A stretch of DNA of 63,650 nucleotides, filler included, from Welwitschia mirabilis (lineage: Eukaryota), in assembly GCA_051453625.1 (NCBI GenBank). It is 9 parts of one record of this genome, joined end to end, with 100 filler letters (N's around TTAATTAATTAA, not from the genome) between each part and the next. Parts side by side here need not be neighbours in the genome. Positions count along the whole stretch, not along the records: positions 36,904 to 43,245 come from JBOZIK010000001.1; positions 43,346 to 46,120 come from JBOZIK010000001.1; positions 46,221 to 48,142 come from JBOZIK010000001.1; positions 48,243 to 50,530 come from JBOZIK010000001.1; 5 more parts are not named here. One strand, 5' to 3'. The number at the start of each line of letters is the position of its first letter. Position 1 is the first letter of the stretch. A program made the position numbers and the translations under genes. Below are positions 36,904-50,630 of this stretch, piece after piece. Under the pieces are notes generated by a model that saw nothing but the letters and a program-made list of their open reading frames with translations, searched no databases and was not told where the DNA came from.

Positions 36904-39900
36904 ATTTTCTAATTTACATTTTAAAAACAACATCTTGTCATCTTCCTTGATGTCTAGACGATGTGCAGTGATGATGGCTGTGAACTGGGATTTTTTATTT
37001 TTCATAAAATATAGGAATTTTCCCATCATCTCATCCATCGTCTAGATAACTTAGATAAGAACTGTCAATATTTATTCTATATTATTTCATGATTTTATTT
37101 TTTGTATGCTTTTTATTTTTGGATTTTTTGTATGTTCTATCATATGGGTATATTGTCCGAATGATTACTAAGATGACTTTTACAAAAACAAAACCAAGTA
37201 TGCTAAGACATGATAAACTTGGATAAAAAGATAAAGTATCAAAGAGAGTAGCTACTGATTGAAGAAAACATCTAAGAAGGTTTAATCGACTACAAACTAA
37301 AACTAGGTATGCACATCCCAAGTACACAAAACATTCTAAGAATTAAGCAAGAAGATTTTTTGCATTTATTATTCCAGAATTTGATTTTTTCAAAGAAAAT
37401 TTCTTAAAAAGAAAATTTAGAAGCAAACAGTTTTATTCAAATGTTGAATTTTATATAAAAGTAAAATCAAGTATCTTCACTTAATCTCCCTATTATGATA
37501 GGAATCTCTACTACCCTGATAAATCCAAATGACAATGTTACTCTTAAAGGACTAATTGCAAATACAAAGTATGAAATCCAAAATATTTTTGACCTACCTC
37601 CTAGTAATGATGTTGAGTTAATAAATCTAAATGTATATCATATTTTTAATAGAGAAAATGATGAATATCCCCTTTAACATATAACCGACATTGAACAGTT
37701 AGTACCCACTAATGGTAAAAAATGAATTAGTGATTATACTTACATAATTATCTTTCCCCTCATATTAAAAGAAAATGTAAAATTATGGATAAGAACTATT
37801 CCTTATAAAAGCTTAAAAACATGAAACCAAGTTAAATAATCTTTTATAAAAATACTTATGAGTAAAATAATAATAAGAAAAAGAAAGAAAGAGGTAATCA
37901 ATTTACAACAAAATTCTAATAAAAATTATGCCACTACTTATAAATGACTTTTCATTGCAATTCATTATAATTCCATTGATGTATTTACTTAAGAGGAATT
38001 AATAGACTATTTTTCTAGTGGACTAAATAGTCAAACTAAATAATTTATAGATTTTTTATGTGGTGGAAATTTAATAAATATCACATTATAAAATGCATGA
38101 AGGTTTTTTGAAGAATTAGTGAAAGTAAGTCAAACACGGCCTTAACCAACATCTAAAGAAAATCATATTGTAGGCCAAATCATAAAAAATCTTAAATAGG
38201 TAAAACAAGAAAAATAGAAAGTANNNNNNNNNNNNNNNNNNNNNNNNNNNNNNNNNNNNNNNNNNNNNNNNNNNNNNNNNNNNNNNNNNNNNNNNNNNNN
38301 NNNNNNNNNNNNNNNNNNNNNNNNNNNNNNNNNNNNNNNNNNNNNNNNNNNNNNNNNNNNNNNNNNNNNNNNNNNNNNNNNNNNNNNNNNNNNNNNNNNN
38401 NNNNNNNNNNNNNNNNNNNNNNNNNNNNNNNNNNNNNNNNNNNNNNNNNNNNNNNNNNNNNNNNNNNNNNNNNNNNNNNNNNNNNNNNNNNNNNNNNNNN
38501 NNNNNNNNNNNNNNNNNNNNNNNNNNNNNNNNNNNNNNNNNNNNNNNNNNNNNNNNNNNNNNNNNNNNNNNNNNNNNNNNNNNNNNNNNNNNNNNNNNNN
38601 NNNNNNNNNNNNNNNNNNNNNNNNNNNNNNNNNNNNNNNNNNNNNNNNNNNNNNNNNNNNNNNNNNNNNNNNNNNNNNNNNNNNNNNNNNNNNNNNNNNN
38701 NNNNNNNNNNNNNNNNNNNNNNNNNNNNNNNNNNNNNNNNNNNNNNNNNNNNNNNNNNNNNNNNNNNNNNNNNNNNNNNNNNNNNNNNNNNNNNNNNNNN
38801 NNNNNNNNNNNNNNNNNNNNNNNNNNNNNNNNNNNNNNNNNNNNNNNNNNNNNNNNNNNNNNNNNNNNNNNNNNNNNNNNNNNNNNNNNNNNNNNNNNNN
38901 NNNNNNNNNNNNNNNNNNNNNNNNNNNNNNNNNNNNNNNNNNNNNNNNNNNNNNNNNNNNNNNNNNNNNNNNNNNNNNNNNNNNNNNNNNNNNNNNNNNN
39001 NNNNNNNNNNNNNNNNNNNNNNNNNNNNNNNNNNNNNNNNNNNNNNNNNNNNNNNNNNNNNNNNNNNNNNNNNNNNNNNNNNNNNNNNNNNNNNNNNNNN
39101 NNNNNNNNNNNNNNNNNNNNNNNNNNNNNNNNNNNNNNNNNNNNNNNNNNNNNNNNNNNNNNAGACCTAATTAGAAGAAAACAAAAATTAACCATATCTA
39201 TTAAGTTTTCCTAGCCTAATTTATAACCAATTTAGTTTTGAAAAAATGTCCAAAATTTAAGGATCATGGGGTAAAAATAGTTAGTATCAATTTAGAGGAA
39301 AATAAGAGAATTAAGAAAGCTTTAATCTATATAGGAGTAAGTGTTAACATTATACCTTTACACATTTCTTAGAAACTTTATTTGAAAGTAGAATTGAGCC
39401 TACATGTATTATCTTAGAATTGGTAAATACATCAGTAAAAGAATCTTTAAGAGTAATAAAAAAATTAATGATTTAAATTGAGGAAGAATTTCATCCAATA
39501 GATGTGGTTGTGATTGAAGTTGTGCATAATGAAGGTTATTTACTACTTCTATGTAGAGAATGTTGTGTAACAACCCATTGTATTATTGATACAAGAACTA
39601 GGATGATGGAGTGTCACTTATAAAATGAAAAGTTTACCATTAGAGTTTTTGATGCCACTAAAAAATATCTAGGTAATAAGTGGAATGTAAAGGAAGAAAT
39701 TAAGCCAACATTATTNNNNNNNNNNCATGAGCCTATCTTATATGATGATTCACTTGAAGTAGAAAATTTGAAATCTTTCGATGATGATGAACTCAACTAT
39801 GAACACCTAGAAATAGACTATTTTAATCATGAGAATGAAGAAACTAAAACTATAATCTGTGAAGAAGTCCAACATTTAAAAACAACTAAGATTTTTTATT

Positions 39901-42900
39901 TTGAGGGAGGCATCCATCCTTGTCATACAGACGATAGTCAAAGATGACAGTCAACTCTAATAAAAAATTGATAGAAACTAAAAATATGAATTTAAATCTA
40001 AAATATTTACCTAGTATACTAAAATATATCTTTCTATGTAATGATCTAAATAAATCATTGATAATAAACAATAAGAATCGATTTTAATATCACTTTTAAA
40101 TTCTAAGGTTAATACCTTTGTTTAAACACACAAAGATTTAATGACCATTCCTACTTTCATTATTTAGCATAAAATCTACTTTGAGGATAATGCAAAACCT
40201 ATGAGTTAACCTTAACATAGACTAAATCTATCCTTTAAATAAATCATAAAGGATAAAATCATTAAATTAATAGATGCTAGAATTATTTATGTCATATCTA
40301 ATGGTGAGTGGGTTAGCCTTTCACAATATTGCCTAAAAAANNNNNNNNNNNNNNNNNNNNNNNNNNNNNNNNNNNNNNNNNNNNNNNNNNNNNNNNNNNN
40401 NNNNACCATTTACCTTTTCTTGACCAAATACTTAATAGAATTTAAGGGCATGCCTTTTCTTTCTTTCTTGATGGGTGATTATAATCAAGTCTGTATAGTA
40501 AGTGAAAATTAAGTAAACGTAATTTTCACTTTACCTTTTAGAACCTTTACCTTTAGAAACATGCCTTTTGGACTTTGTAATATCCCCATATTTTTTAATA
40601 TGCAATGATGGGTATCTTTTTTAATGCATTAGAGGATTTAATTAAAATTTGTATGGATGAATTCTCAATCTTTAGTAAANNNNNNNNNNNNNNNNNNNNN
40701 NNNNNNNNNNNNNNNNNNNNTAAATGCATTAAGGGTCACTTACATTTAAGTTGGAAGAAGAGTTTCTTTCTAGTTGATAATGGAATTAGGTTTAGTTACT
40801 ACATTTCTAGTAAGGAAATTAGAATGAACCCTAAAAAGTTAAGTATCATTAAAAACCTAATTCCTTCAATAAAACAAGTTTGATCTTTCCTTGATCATTA
40901 TGGTTTTTATTCACATTGTACTTAGGATTACGTAAAAATTTATAAACCCCTTTATTTGTTACTTGAAAAAGAAGTTAAATTCGAATGGAATAAATCTTGT
41001 CAGCTTGCTTTTGAAAATGCTTAAACAAAAAACCTCTTCTACACTTATAGTAATGGGACCCAATTGGAATAAATATTTTGAATTAATGTGTGATGCTAGT
41101 AATATTATCATAGATGAAGTTCTTGGATAATAGTATGAAAATTATTTTAAAGTTATATCTTACCATAGCAAAACTTTGTCTAAAGCTCAATCAAATTATA
41201 GTACTACTAAGAAAGAAATGTTAGCCATAATATTTCACCTTGATAATATTAGATACTATCTTCTAGGATTTCATATAAATGTTTATATCAACCATGTAGC
41301 CATTAAATACTTCATAACTATGAAATAATTTAATACTTATTAGATGAATACTCCTTATGCAAGAATTCAATTTTACCATCNNNNNNNNNNNNNNNNNNNN
41401 NNNNNNNNNNNNNNNNNNNNNNNNNNNNNNNNNNNNNNNNNNNNNNNNNNNNNNNNNNNNNNNNNNNNNNNNNNNNNNNNTACTTATTAGATGAATACTC
41501 CTTATGCAAGAATTCAATTTTACCATCCTTGATAAAGCAGGAAAACATAATAGCATTATAGATAATTTGTTATTTCTTTCTTCTTCTCTTGATGATTTTA
41601 TGTTTAATAATTCTTTCTTTGGATGGATGAATTTTTACTATGTATTCTACTCATCCTTCTCCTTGGTATGATGACTTAGTTAATTATCATGTTACCATGA
41701 AAACATCACAACATTGAAGTTATAATCAAAGAAAATATTTTCTCCATAGGATAGGTAATTATAAATAAATATAGCCACATCTTACCATATGTGCAAAGAC
41801 CAAATTATGAGAAATTAAGTGTCTGAATGGGAAAAATTAGACATCCTTCATATTTGTCATGTTAGTATTTGTGGAGGTCATTTTAATGGATAGAAAATAA
41901 CAATCAAAGTTCTTCACTTTGGTTGTTATTAGCCTAGTTATTTTTAGGACTCTTTTAATTTTGCTAAAAGTGCTTATTAATATTATGGTAGCCTTATTAA
42001 TTTTTAAAATATGCCTTTTAAATCTGTTCTTGAATGTAAACCTTTTCATCATTGGAAGATTAATTTAAAAGCCCTATTAGACTACCTTCTAGTGATAAGA
42101 ATTATATTTTGATGGCTGCTGGTTTTGTTACTAAATTGGTTAAAGCTATTCCTATATTTATGAATGATGTTCAAACTATTTGTACTTTTTTTAAAGATCA
42201 TAATTTTTAAAATTTTGATTTTCTTAAGATTATTATTAGTGATCAAAGAATTAACTTCGTAAATCATCTTTTTAGTATACTTATTTTATCTATTGGAATT
42301 GAATATAGAGTAGTGTGTTCTTATCATCCACAAACTAATGGCTAAGTTGAAATTGTAAATAAAGAAATGAAGAAAATGCTTCAAAAACTTATCTTAATTA
42401 ATAATACGTCTTGGTTTTCTAAGCTTAATAATGTTCTATGGGATTATTATACTACTTAGCATAATTCTCTTGGTTTTTTATCTTATGAACTTATATATAA
42501 AAAAATTTGTATTTTACTAGGTGATGTGTGTTATAACTCTTATCATTCTTTTCATTAAGTTAATCTTGTAGATCTTCATGAAAACCTTAAAAATAGATTA
42601 GCCTAACTTAATCACTTAAATGAAAATATACTTATGTTAATCATCATCAACTCATTCACAAAGCTCAAGTTAAGTTCAAACATGATAAAAAGTTACTTTA
42701 CAAATAGTTTAAACCTAGTTAACTTGTTTTTTTATACAACACTAAAGTGCATTTTTTACATAATAAGTTGACCTCTAAATGATTAGGTTCTTATCTTATA
42801 AAGGAACTATATCCTAATAGTTGCATTGATATTTCCAACTTAAACACAAGGGAAATTTAGAAAGTTAATGAACAAAGATTGAAAATATATGAAAAACCTT

Positions 42901-43245
42901 TTAATGCAACCTTGAACATAATAGAAGCAATTGTCTTGGATGTTTTCTTAATGATAAGGACTTTATTTATACCATTGTTTAAATGCTCTCTTAGCCAATT
43001 CCTTTGGTAGATGTTATAATGTCACTTGATCATTTTTAACTTGACTTATGTATTTGATTTATGAAGTTTTTATGATTAGTATTTGTACCTAGGCATTTTA
43101 CAGTGATAAGATTGGATTCACATAATCTTAAGACATTCACATGTTTATAAACTTCATTTTTAAGGAAGATTCCTTGGTTTTTATAGTTCTATCAATGATG
43201 TAAGATCTTTAGTTATTTAAATGTGTTCTTTTCTATCTTTTATCT
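36904..43245 (+). mobile_element. Highly decayed Athila internal region: leader, gag, PR, RT, RH, INT, start of 3' UTR
   Basis: Colinear with 51350-57780. IGVSVNIIP (about 39330), MPFGLCN and CMDEF (40561-40665), LMCDAS (about 41085), YHPQTNG (about 42322), LTSK*LGSY (about 42770). Confidence 0.9.
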
Positions 43246-43345
43246 NNNNNNNNNNNNNNNNNNNNNNNNNNNNNNNNNNNNNNNNNNNNTTAATTAATTA
43301 ANNNNNNNNNNNNNNNNNNNNNNNNNNNNNNNNNNNNNNNNNNNN

Positions 43346-46120
43346 ATAATGATCATGTTTGTGAACTATCTAAAATAAAACATCATGATATTATTGCATT
43401 CTTTTCTTTCCTTTTTTTTTTCCCTTTCTCAATAAAAGAAAAACACTCCACATAACCAAACACTCTAAAAGACAAAGGTGAAGTCATAAGATGAAGATAG
43501 AAAATAACACTCTTAAACAATCTAATACCTTTTCATCATTAAGAAAAGAATTAAAAATAAAGAACCTTCTTTTAAACTGAAGTTCNNNNNNNNNNNNNNN
43601 NNNNNNNNNNNNNNNNNNNNNNNNNNNNNNNNNNNNNNNNNNNNNNNNNNNNNNNNNNNNNNNNNNNNNNNNNNNNNNNNNNNNNNNNNNNNNNNNNNNN
43701 NNNNNNNNNNNNNNNNNNNNNNNNNNNNNNNNNNNNNNNNNNNNNNNNNNNNNNNNNNNNNNNNNNNNNNNNNNNNNNNNNNNNNNNNNNNNNNNNNNNN
43801 NNNNNNNNNNNNNNNNNNNNNNNNNNNNNNNNNNNNNNNNNNNNNNNNNNNNNNNNNNNNNNNNNNNNNNNNNNNNNNNNNNNNNNNNNNNNNNNNNNNN
43901 NNNNNNNNNNNNNNNNNNNNNNNNNNNNNNNNNNNNNNNNNNNNNNNNNNNNNNNNNNNNNNNNNNNNNNNNNNNNNNNNNNNNNNNNNNNNNNNNNNNN
44001 NNNNNNNNNNNNNNNNNNNNNNNNNNNNNNNNNNNNNNNNNNNNNNNNNNNNNNNNNNNNNNNNNNNNNNNNNNNNNNNNNNNNNNNNNNNNNNNNNNNN
44101 NNNNNNNNNNNNNNNNNNNNNNNNNNNNNNNNNNNNNNNNNNNNNNNNNNNNNNNNNNNNNNNNNNNNNNNNNNNNNNNNNNNNNNNNNNNNNNNNNNNN
44201 NNNNNNNNNNNNNNNNNNNNNNNNNNNNNNNNNNNNNNNNNNNNNNNNNNNNNNNNNNNNNNNNNNNNNNNNNNNNNNNNNNNNNNNNNNNNNNNNNNNN
44301 NNNNNNNNNNNNNNNNNNNNNNNNNNNNNNNNNNNNNNNNNNNNNNNNNNNNNNNNNNNNNNNNNNNNNNNNNNNNNNNNNNNNNNNNNNNNNNNNNNNN
44401 NNNNNNNNNNNNNNNNNNNNNNNNNNNNNNNNNNNNNNNNNNNNNNNNNNNNNNNNNNNNNNNNNNNNNNNNNNNNNNNNNNNNNNNNNNNNNNNNNNNN
44501 NNNNNNNNNNNNNNNNNNNNNNNNNNNNNNNNNNNNNNNNNNNNNNNNNNNNNNNNNNNNNNNNNNNNNNNNNNNNNNNNNNNNTTATTTAAGGGAATGA
44601 TGTTAAAGAAACTATGTTGGTTTGAGATTGTCTTCTAAGTCCATTTCATTATCACCTAGGCCTTTTTTAGCTATATTCAAAACTCTAATTGTAAATGTTT
44701 TATTTTCTACGTGACACTTTACCATTCCTATCTTAGTATTAATGATGTAGTAGGCTATTACACAGAAGGATCATCCTAGAAGTAATGCGTATCCTTTGTT
44801 GTGTTTAACTTCTATGATAGTACATCTATTAGATAGCTAGCCTGTTTAATTTAGATCACTAAATATTTAATGATTCTTAAGTGTTTCTTAATCAAAGTAT
44901 CTACTAACTCTAAAAGAATCTGAGTAGGCTCCATTCTATCCTCTAAGCCAAGTCTTTTGTAAATGTGTAGTGACATGATATTAAAACTTGATNNNNNNNN
45001 NNNNNNNNNNNNNNNNNNNNNNNNNNNNNNNNNNNNNNNNNNNNNNNNNNNNNNNNNNNNNNNNNNNNNNNNNNNNNNNNNNNNNNNNNNNNNNNNNNNN
45101 NNNNNNNNNNNNNNNNNNNNNNNNNNNNNNNNNNNNNNNNNNNNNNNNNNNNNNNNNNNNNNNNNNNNNNNNNNNNNNNNNNNNNNNNNNNNNNNNNNNN
45201 NNNNNNNNNNNNNNNNNNNNNNNNNNNNNNNNNNNNNNNNNNNNNNNNNNNNNNNNNNNNNNNNNNNNNNNNNNNNNNNNNNNNNNNNNNNNNNNNNNNN
45301 TCTAATTATTATGAAGAATTTTTCTTTTTCTTTTTATTAAGAGAAGGGAAGTTATAATCTTCTAATATTTTAATATCCTCTTCTTCTTCATCATCTCTAG
45401 TGTTATCTTGAGATGTGGAAACTTCACATGGAGGAGCGTTTATTTCTTGACTACTACATGTCACAACCTTACAATTTTTTCTCATTCCATTAGGGTTTAA
45501 TAAAGGTATATTATCAAGAACCCTTACCAACATGATTTGTTGAAGGATGCTTACTAAGTTTTCAATGTTGGTATTTTGTTTCTCTTATAACTTTGTAAGG
45601 TTATCAATAATGTTTTAAAGAGATTTATCTTTTTTTTTGAAAATTTAATGGACCTGGTTAAGAGTTTGAGTTTTAAAATTAATTTTTGAAAGGTTCAAAA
45701 TTATTTTAAAAATAAGTATTCAACCTAGGTTATGCCTAATTTTAATTTCAGAAGTTTTAAAATGTTTGATTAAAAGCGCAGACTTATTCATGTATTATCT
45801 CTTTGTATGTTGGTAATAGGAAATAGTTTTTAGTTATATGATAACTGTCTTTGCATAAGTCACAAGTTGGCACAACACTTCTTAGTTGCTGATTTGACAT
45901 CTAAAATCATTTTAGTATATTTCTTATAGGTTATTGTAAAATTTTGAATTAGATTTGTAGGATTATAATCCACATCTTTTTCTTGATTAACTTCTTTTAA
46001 ATCCCTAATAAGTTGGGCTATAATGTGGTTTTCTTTTGATTTTAGCCAAGTTTGACTACCCTCCACAAGGTATTCTAATTTTTCCCAGGCATTTTTTAAT
46101 GTAAGGTTCATAAGGTTTCC
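43346..46120 (-). mobile_element. Athila fragments: gag (46120-45302), protease (44992-44585), 3' UTR (43585-43346)
   Basis: NLTLKNAWEKLEYLVEGSQTW and NIMSLHIYKRLGLEDRMEPT; homologous to 52470-54050. Confidence 0.8.
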
Positions 46121-46220
46121 NNNNNNNNNNNNNNNNNNNNNNNNNNNNNNNNNNNNNNNNNNNNTTAATTAATTAANNNNNNNNNNNNNNNNNNNNNNNN
46201 NNNNNNNNNNNNNNNNNNNN

Positions 46221-48142
46221 CTCATAGAATCCTGTCAAATAATCAAAAATTGATAGCACAATACATATTCATAATTCCCCTAGTTAAACACATTATAATA
46301 AAAAAAATGAATGTTATATAAAAAAACTAAGCATAAAATGTAACAATCATAGTTTAGAAAATGATAATGTATATGTATAATTTAAAATCATGATAGTATA
46401 ATTGATGTGTAAAACTAAGTAGCAATAACTCAAAATGATGCATATAAGTTCATTAATGTATTCCACAAGGGATGAAGTATAAAGAGTAATCATAACATTC
46501 TTTTCCTTATTCAAGATGTTTTAGGTGTTCCATAACTTATAGGAAAAATCTATGAGTATACCACTATGCTCTTGCTAGATAATGTCCATGAAAATTTATT
46601 CTAGTAATATGAAATCATATCCAAGCAACTCTTTAAAAATGATCCTTTTAAAAATAAAAATTTTTTCTCAATATCTTAGAATAACCTCAAAAGGATGTCT
46701 TGCCCTCCAACAGATAAAGCAAAACATCCCAAACTACAACATAGCTAAAAGAATGATTATCATGTTGTCTATCATGAGGACAATAGATGTGGAATGACAC
46801 TGATTAAATAAAATGTTGGAAATATAGGAAAACCTAGAAAAATTCTAAAAGAAGTCAGCAAAAAATCAGGAAGAATTTGAAAAGTGAAGATTGATCCTAA
46901 AAAACATGATCATAGTGAAAGAGACTTATGAGACTAGAATAATGTACTAAGGAAAAAGAAGCAATGCTCAGAAGAACTCCTTAAATGTACTCCAAAGTCA
47001 ATAATCATTCAATATTTTGTAAGTGGATGTATGCAAAATTAAAAGTAATGAAATGGAAAAAAACATTAACAAAAAACAAAAGGAATACATCAATCAAAGT
47101 AAAAGAAATGCATTAATTAAATTGATTAAAAAAAACCCTTATAAATAAAACCTATGAGTGAAAATAAAAATAAAACTAAAAAAATACCAAATAATTAAGT
47201 CCTAATTATTGTATGAAAAAAGATACAGAAATGACTTTAAAAATTTGAGACAAAACAACTATAAAAAAACATAATAAAAATGGATAACTAGGAACACAAA
47301 GAAAATTGTTTACCTACCCAAAATTCCACCCTCGTAAAGTCCTTTGGTAGAAATCATAAAATCACTTGATAATAATGCATGACATAATGTAAAAAACTCA
47401 TAAAGTACCACTTAAATAAGTAATGATTATGATGGAACTAAGTATATCTAATGTTTTTAATTAAGGAATGATAAGATCAAAAGCTATTCAAAAATGAACT
47501 TATTTATTAATAATACAAAGTGATACTAGAATCCAAAAAATAAAATAATCATGTAAAAGAAAAATGATTCTGGAAAACAAGCAATGCCTCTAATGATACC
47601 AGAGACATCACTGATCCCATAGCCTCTAAGTAAAAATTATTTTTTTCATGATAAGGGAAGTGTAACCACTATCAAATGAGTAATAACCTATACAACATGA
47701 CCAACTAACCTCTTAGTGGAGTTCCCATAGCTATTATATCATACTGCCAAAGGCCCCTCTTGAGAAAATTTACCCTTGTGTGCTTGGGGTAGGACATCAT
47801 GATGACCATGGTTTTAGTTCAGATACAAAAAGATCACGGTCATTATTTATTAATTTATTTTTTCTCTTTCTCTGTCTCCTTTTTTTTTAATAAAAAGAGT
47901 GAAAAGATAAATTCACATAACCAAGTACTCATAAGGATAAGGATAAAGAAATGATATGAGAAATAAGAAAGAACATCCAAACAACTAAACAATTTTATCA
48001 TTAAGAGAGAACAAAAGAAACCAAGACATCCTCCTTTAAAATAAGATTCATAGATGTATGAATGTTTTAAGATTGGATGAATTCAGTCTTATTACTTAAA
48101 ATGCCCAAGTAAAAGATTTACTAATCATGGTAACTTTATAAA
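46221..48142 (-). mobile_element. Athila 3' non-coding region
   Basis: Homologous to 19773-20760, 11880-12620 and the reverse complement of 58526-59400. Confidence 0.75.
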
Positions 48143-48242
48143 NNNNNNNNNNNNNNNNNNNNNNNNNNNNNNNNNNNNNNNNNNNNTTAATTAATTAANN
48201 NNNNNNNNNNNNNNNNNNNNNNNNNNNNNNNNNNNNNNNNNN

Positions 48243-48549
48243 GAAACTAAAAGAAAAGCAGAAGAGAAATTCTAACTATCATGCAAAGGAAAGTTGCAAA
48301 TAACAAGTGAAAGCTCAGGAATACAATCTGTCAAAGTGTGGGATAATAGTGTCATCCAGGTTATCGTCCGGACGATGAAGGAGACAACAGGATTTTATAA
48401 TGAGTTATCTTCTTTGCTTCCAGTTTAACTATCTGTGATCTGCATCTGAAGTCTTGTCAACTAGTTCCAAAGATGTCATCCACTAATGTCGTCTAGATGA
48501 GGAGGTGGATGATGGAGTCTAATGAAAAGATCTTCACTTTAACTGCAAG
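48243..48549 (-). repeat. Internal piece of an A-type LTR
   Basis: Matches the reverse complement of 61750-62060. Confidence 0.8.
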
Positions 48550-48973
48550 NNNNNNNNNNNNNNNNNNNNNNNNNNNNNNNNNNNNNNNNNNNNNNNNNNN
48601 NNNNNNNNNNNNNNNNNNNNNNNNNNNNNNNNNNNNNNNNNNNNNNNNNNNNNNNNNNNNNNNNNNNNNNNNNNNNNNNNNNNNNNNNNNNNNNNNNNNN
48701 NNNNNNNNNNNNNNNNNNNNNNNNNNNNNNNNNNNNNNNNNNNNNNNNNNNNNNNNNNNNNNNNNNNNNNNNNNNNNNNNNNNNNNNNNNNNNNNNNNNN
48801 NNNNNNNNNNNNNNNNNNNNNNNNNNNNNNNNNNNNNNNNNNNNNNNNNNNNNNNNNNNNNNNNNNNNNNNNNNNNNNNNNNNNNNNNNNNNNNNNNNNN
48901 NNNNNNNNNNNNNNNNNNNNNNNNNNNNNNNNNNNNNNNNNNNNNNNNNNNNNNNNNNNNNNNNNNNNNNNNN

Positions 48974-50530
48974 CTTTTGCAATCTATCATGTAGGGTCTT
49001 GCTGATACCTATTAGTCTTGTTTTTTTGTAAGCCTATATTTGTTAATAAATATCAACTTTGTCCTTGACTTTAATCATCTTTATTACACTAGAAATTCTT
49101 ATGATAGGAGATCAGCTGGAGGTATATCCAATAGTTGTAGAGAGGGATCTTCCTTGGTATCGGGCTATGTCTCCTTCATTAAGTTGCTACTGTTTATAAC
49201 AAGATGTTGGTTTAACTTTTAATGAAAATCATTTTCTATTTTTATTCACATTTATGTGCATGTCTCTTATGGTTTATCCTTTTTTTGATTCTATAATAGG
49301 TTTATTTATTATATGGATTATGAGGGAAACCTTTGTTAAAGATAAAATTTTTAATTTAAGATTTTGCATTGCATTTTATATTCATAGACTACATCATTAC
49401 ATGTTTTCATCTTTTGTCTTATGCACTTGATAGCTTATATTAGTTTTAATTAGTAATAGTTTTCTTGACTGATCTAGGTTATGCAGGGCCAATCTTGATT
49501 ATAAATATTTGGTAGTTGGATAGATATTATGTTTAGAGTAGTTTTCATTTGCATTTGCATTGTGTGTTTACTTTTCTTGCATTGTTGATATTCAGTTTTA
49601 AACCTTTATCTTATGAAAAGAAATTCTTTAGCTTCAAGCCTAGTGCCTTTAATGGATTATGATATTTGGATTCACTCCTATCTATATTAGTGTGTTGTAT
49701 TTGTTCATATATTTGTGATTAATAAGATTTAATAAAGGACATAATATTTATATAAATACGTACTTCAACATCTTGGAACCATTGTTGGGGAAGGCTACAA
49801 GGAGTTCAAGGATTATCATTACCTAGATAAGTGTTTTGGCTTTCAATTTAAATATTTATTTGTAGTAGCATTGTATTTTATTATAAATATTGTAGTTTTT
49901 TTTCCTTTTTTTTGCATTTTTTTATTATTTTAATCTGCATTTTTTGAGCCTATCACCCCATTGGTTGTCCCAATGATATAGGAAGATGACAGTCTAGGGG
50001 TAGGGTTTTCTGTATTTTTTCTTTTATTCACAAGTTTGTTTTTGATTTTTTGCCATATAATAAGTTAATATCATCTCGTTTGTTATCTAGACAACACCAG
50101 TACAATAACTGATAGTATGTTTCTATTCTATTTTTAGTGATTCTTTTTTTTTATTTTCTCTATTTTCTATTTTCTTATCATCCAGGATATCATTCGAATA
50201 ATGACTGAGATGATGAATAGATAGACATTTTATTAAGCATGCAAGAACATGATAAAATCTAGTAAAAAGCTTAAATATTTAAGGAAACAAAGCTTAATTA
50301 GAAAAATGTCAAAAAAGGCTTTCTTGATGAAAAATAAAAAACAAGTATACACACCTCAGGTATGTAATTTCCAAGATTTGAAGAATTTTTTTCCTACTTT
50401 TATGATTTTCAAACAAAATCTTTCTAATAGAAGTACTAAAAATATTAGAATAGAAGAAAAATCATTTTATCTCCTTTTTAATAATAAGTAGTGTTGCTTA
50501 ATACAAATATGATAGAATCCTCTAGTTCAA
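48974..50530 (+). mobile_element. Athila 5' LTR (to 49770), PBS and leader
   Basis: ...TACTTCAACA followed by PBS TCTTGGAACCATTGTTGGGGA (49771-49791). The leader resembles 36904-37500. Confidence 0.8.
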
Positions 50531-50630
50531 NNNNNNNNNNNNNNNNNNNNNNNNNNNNNNNNNNNNNNNNNNNNTTAATTAATTAANNNNNNNNNNNNNN
50601 NNNNNNNNNNNNNNNNNNNNNNNNNNNNNN

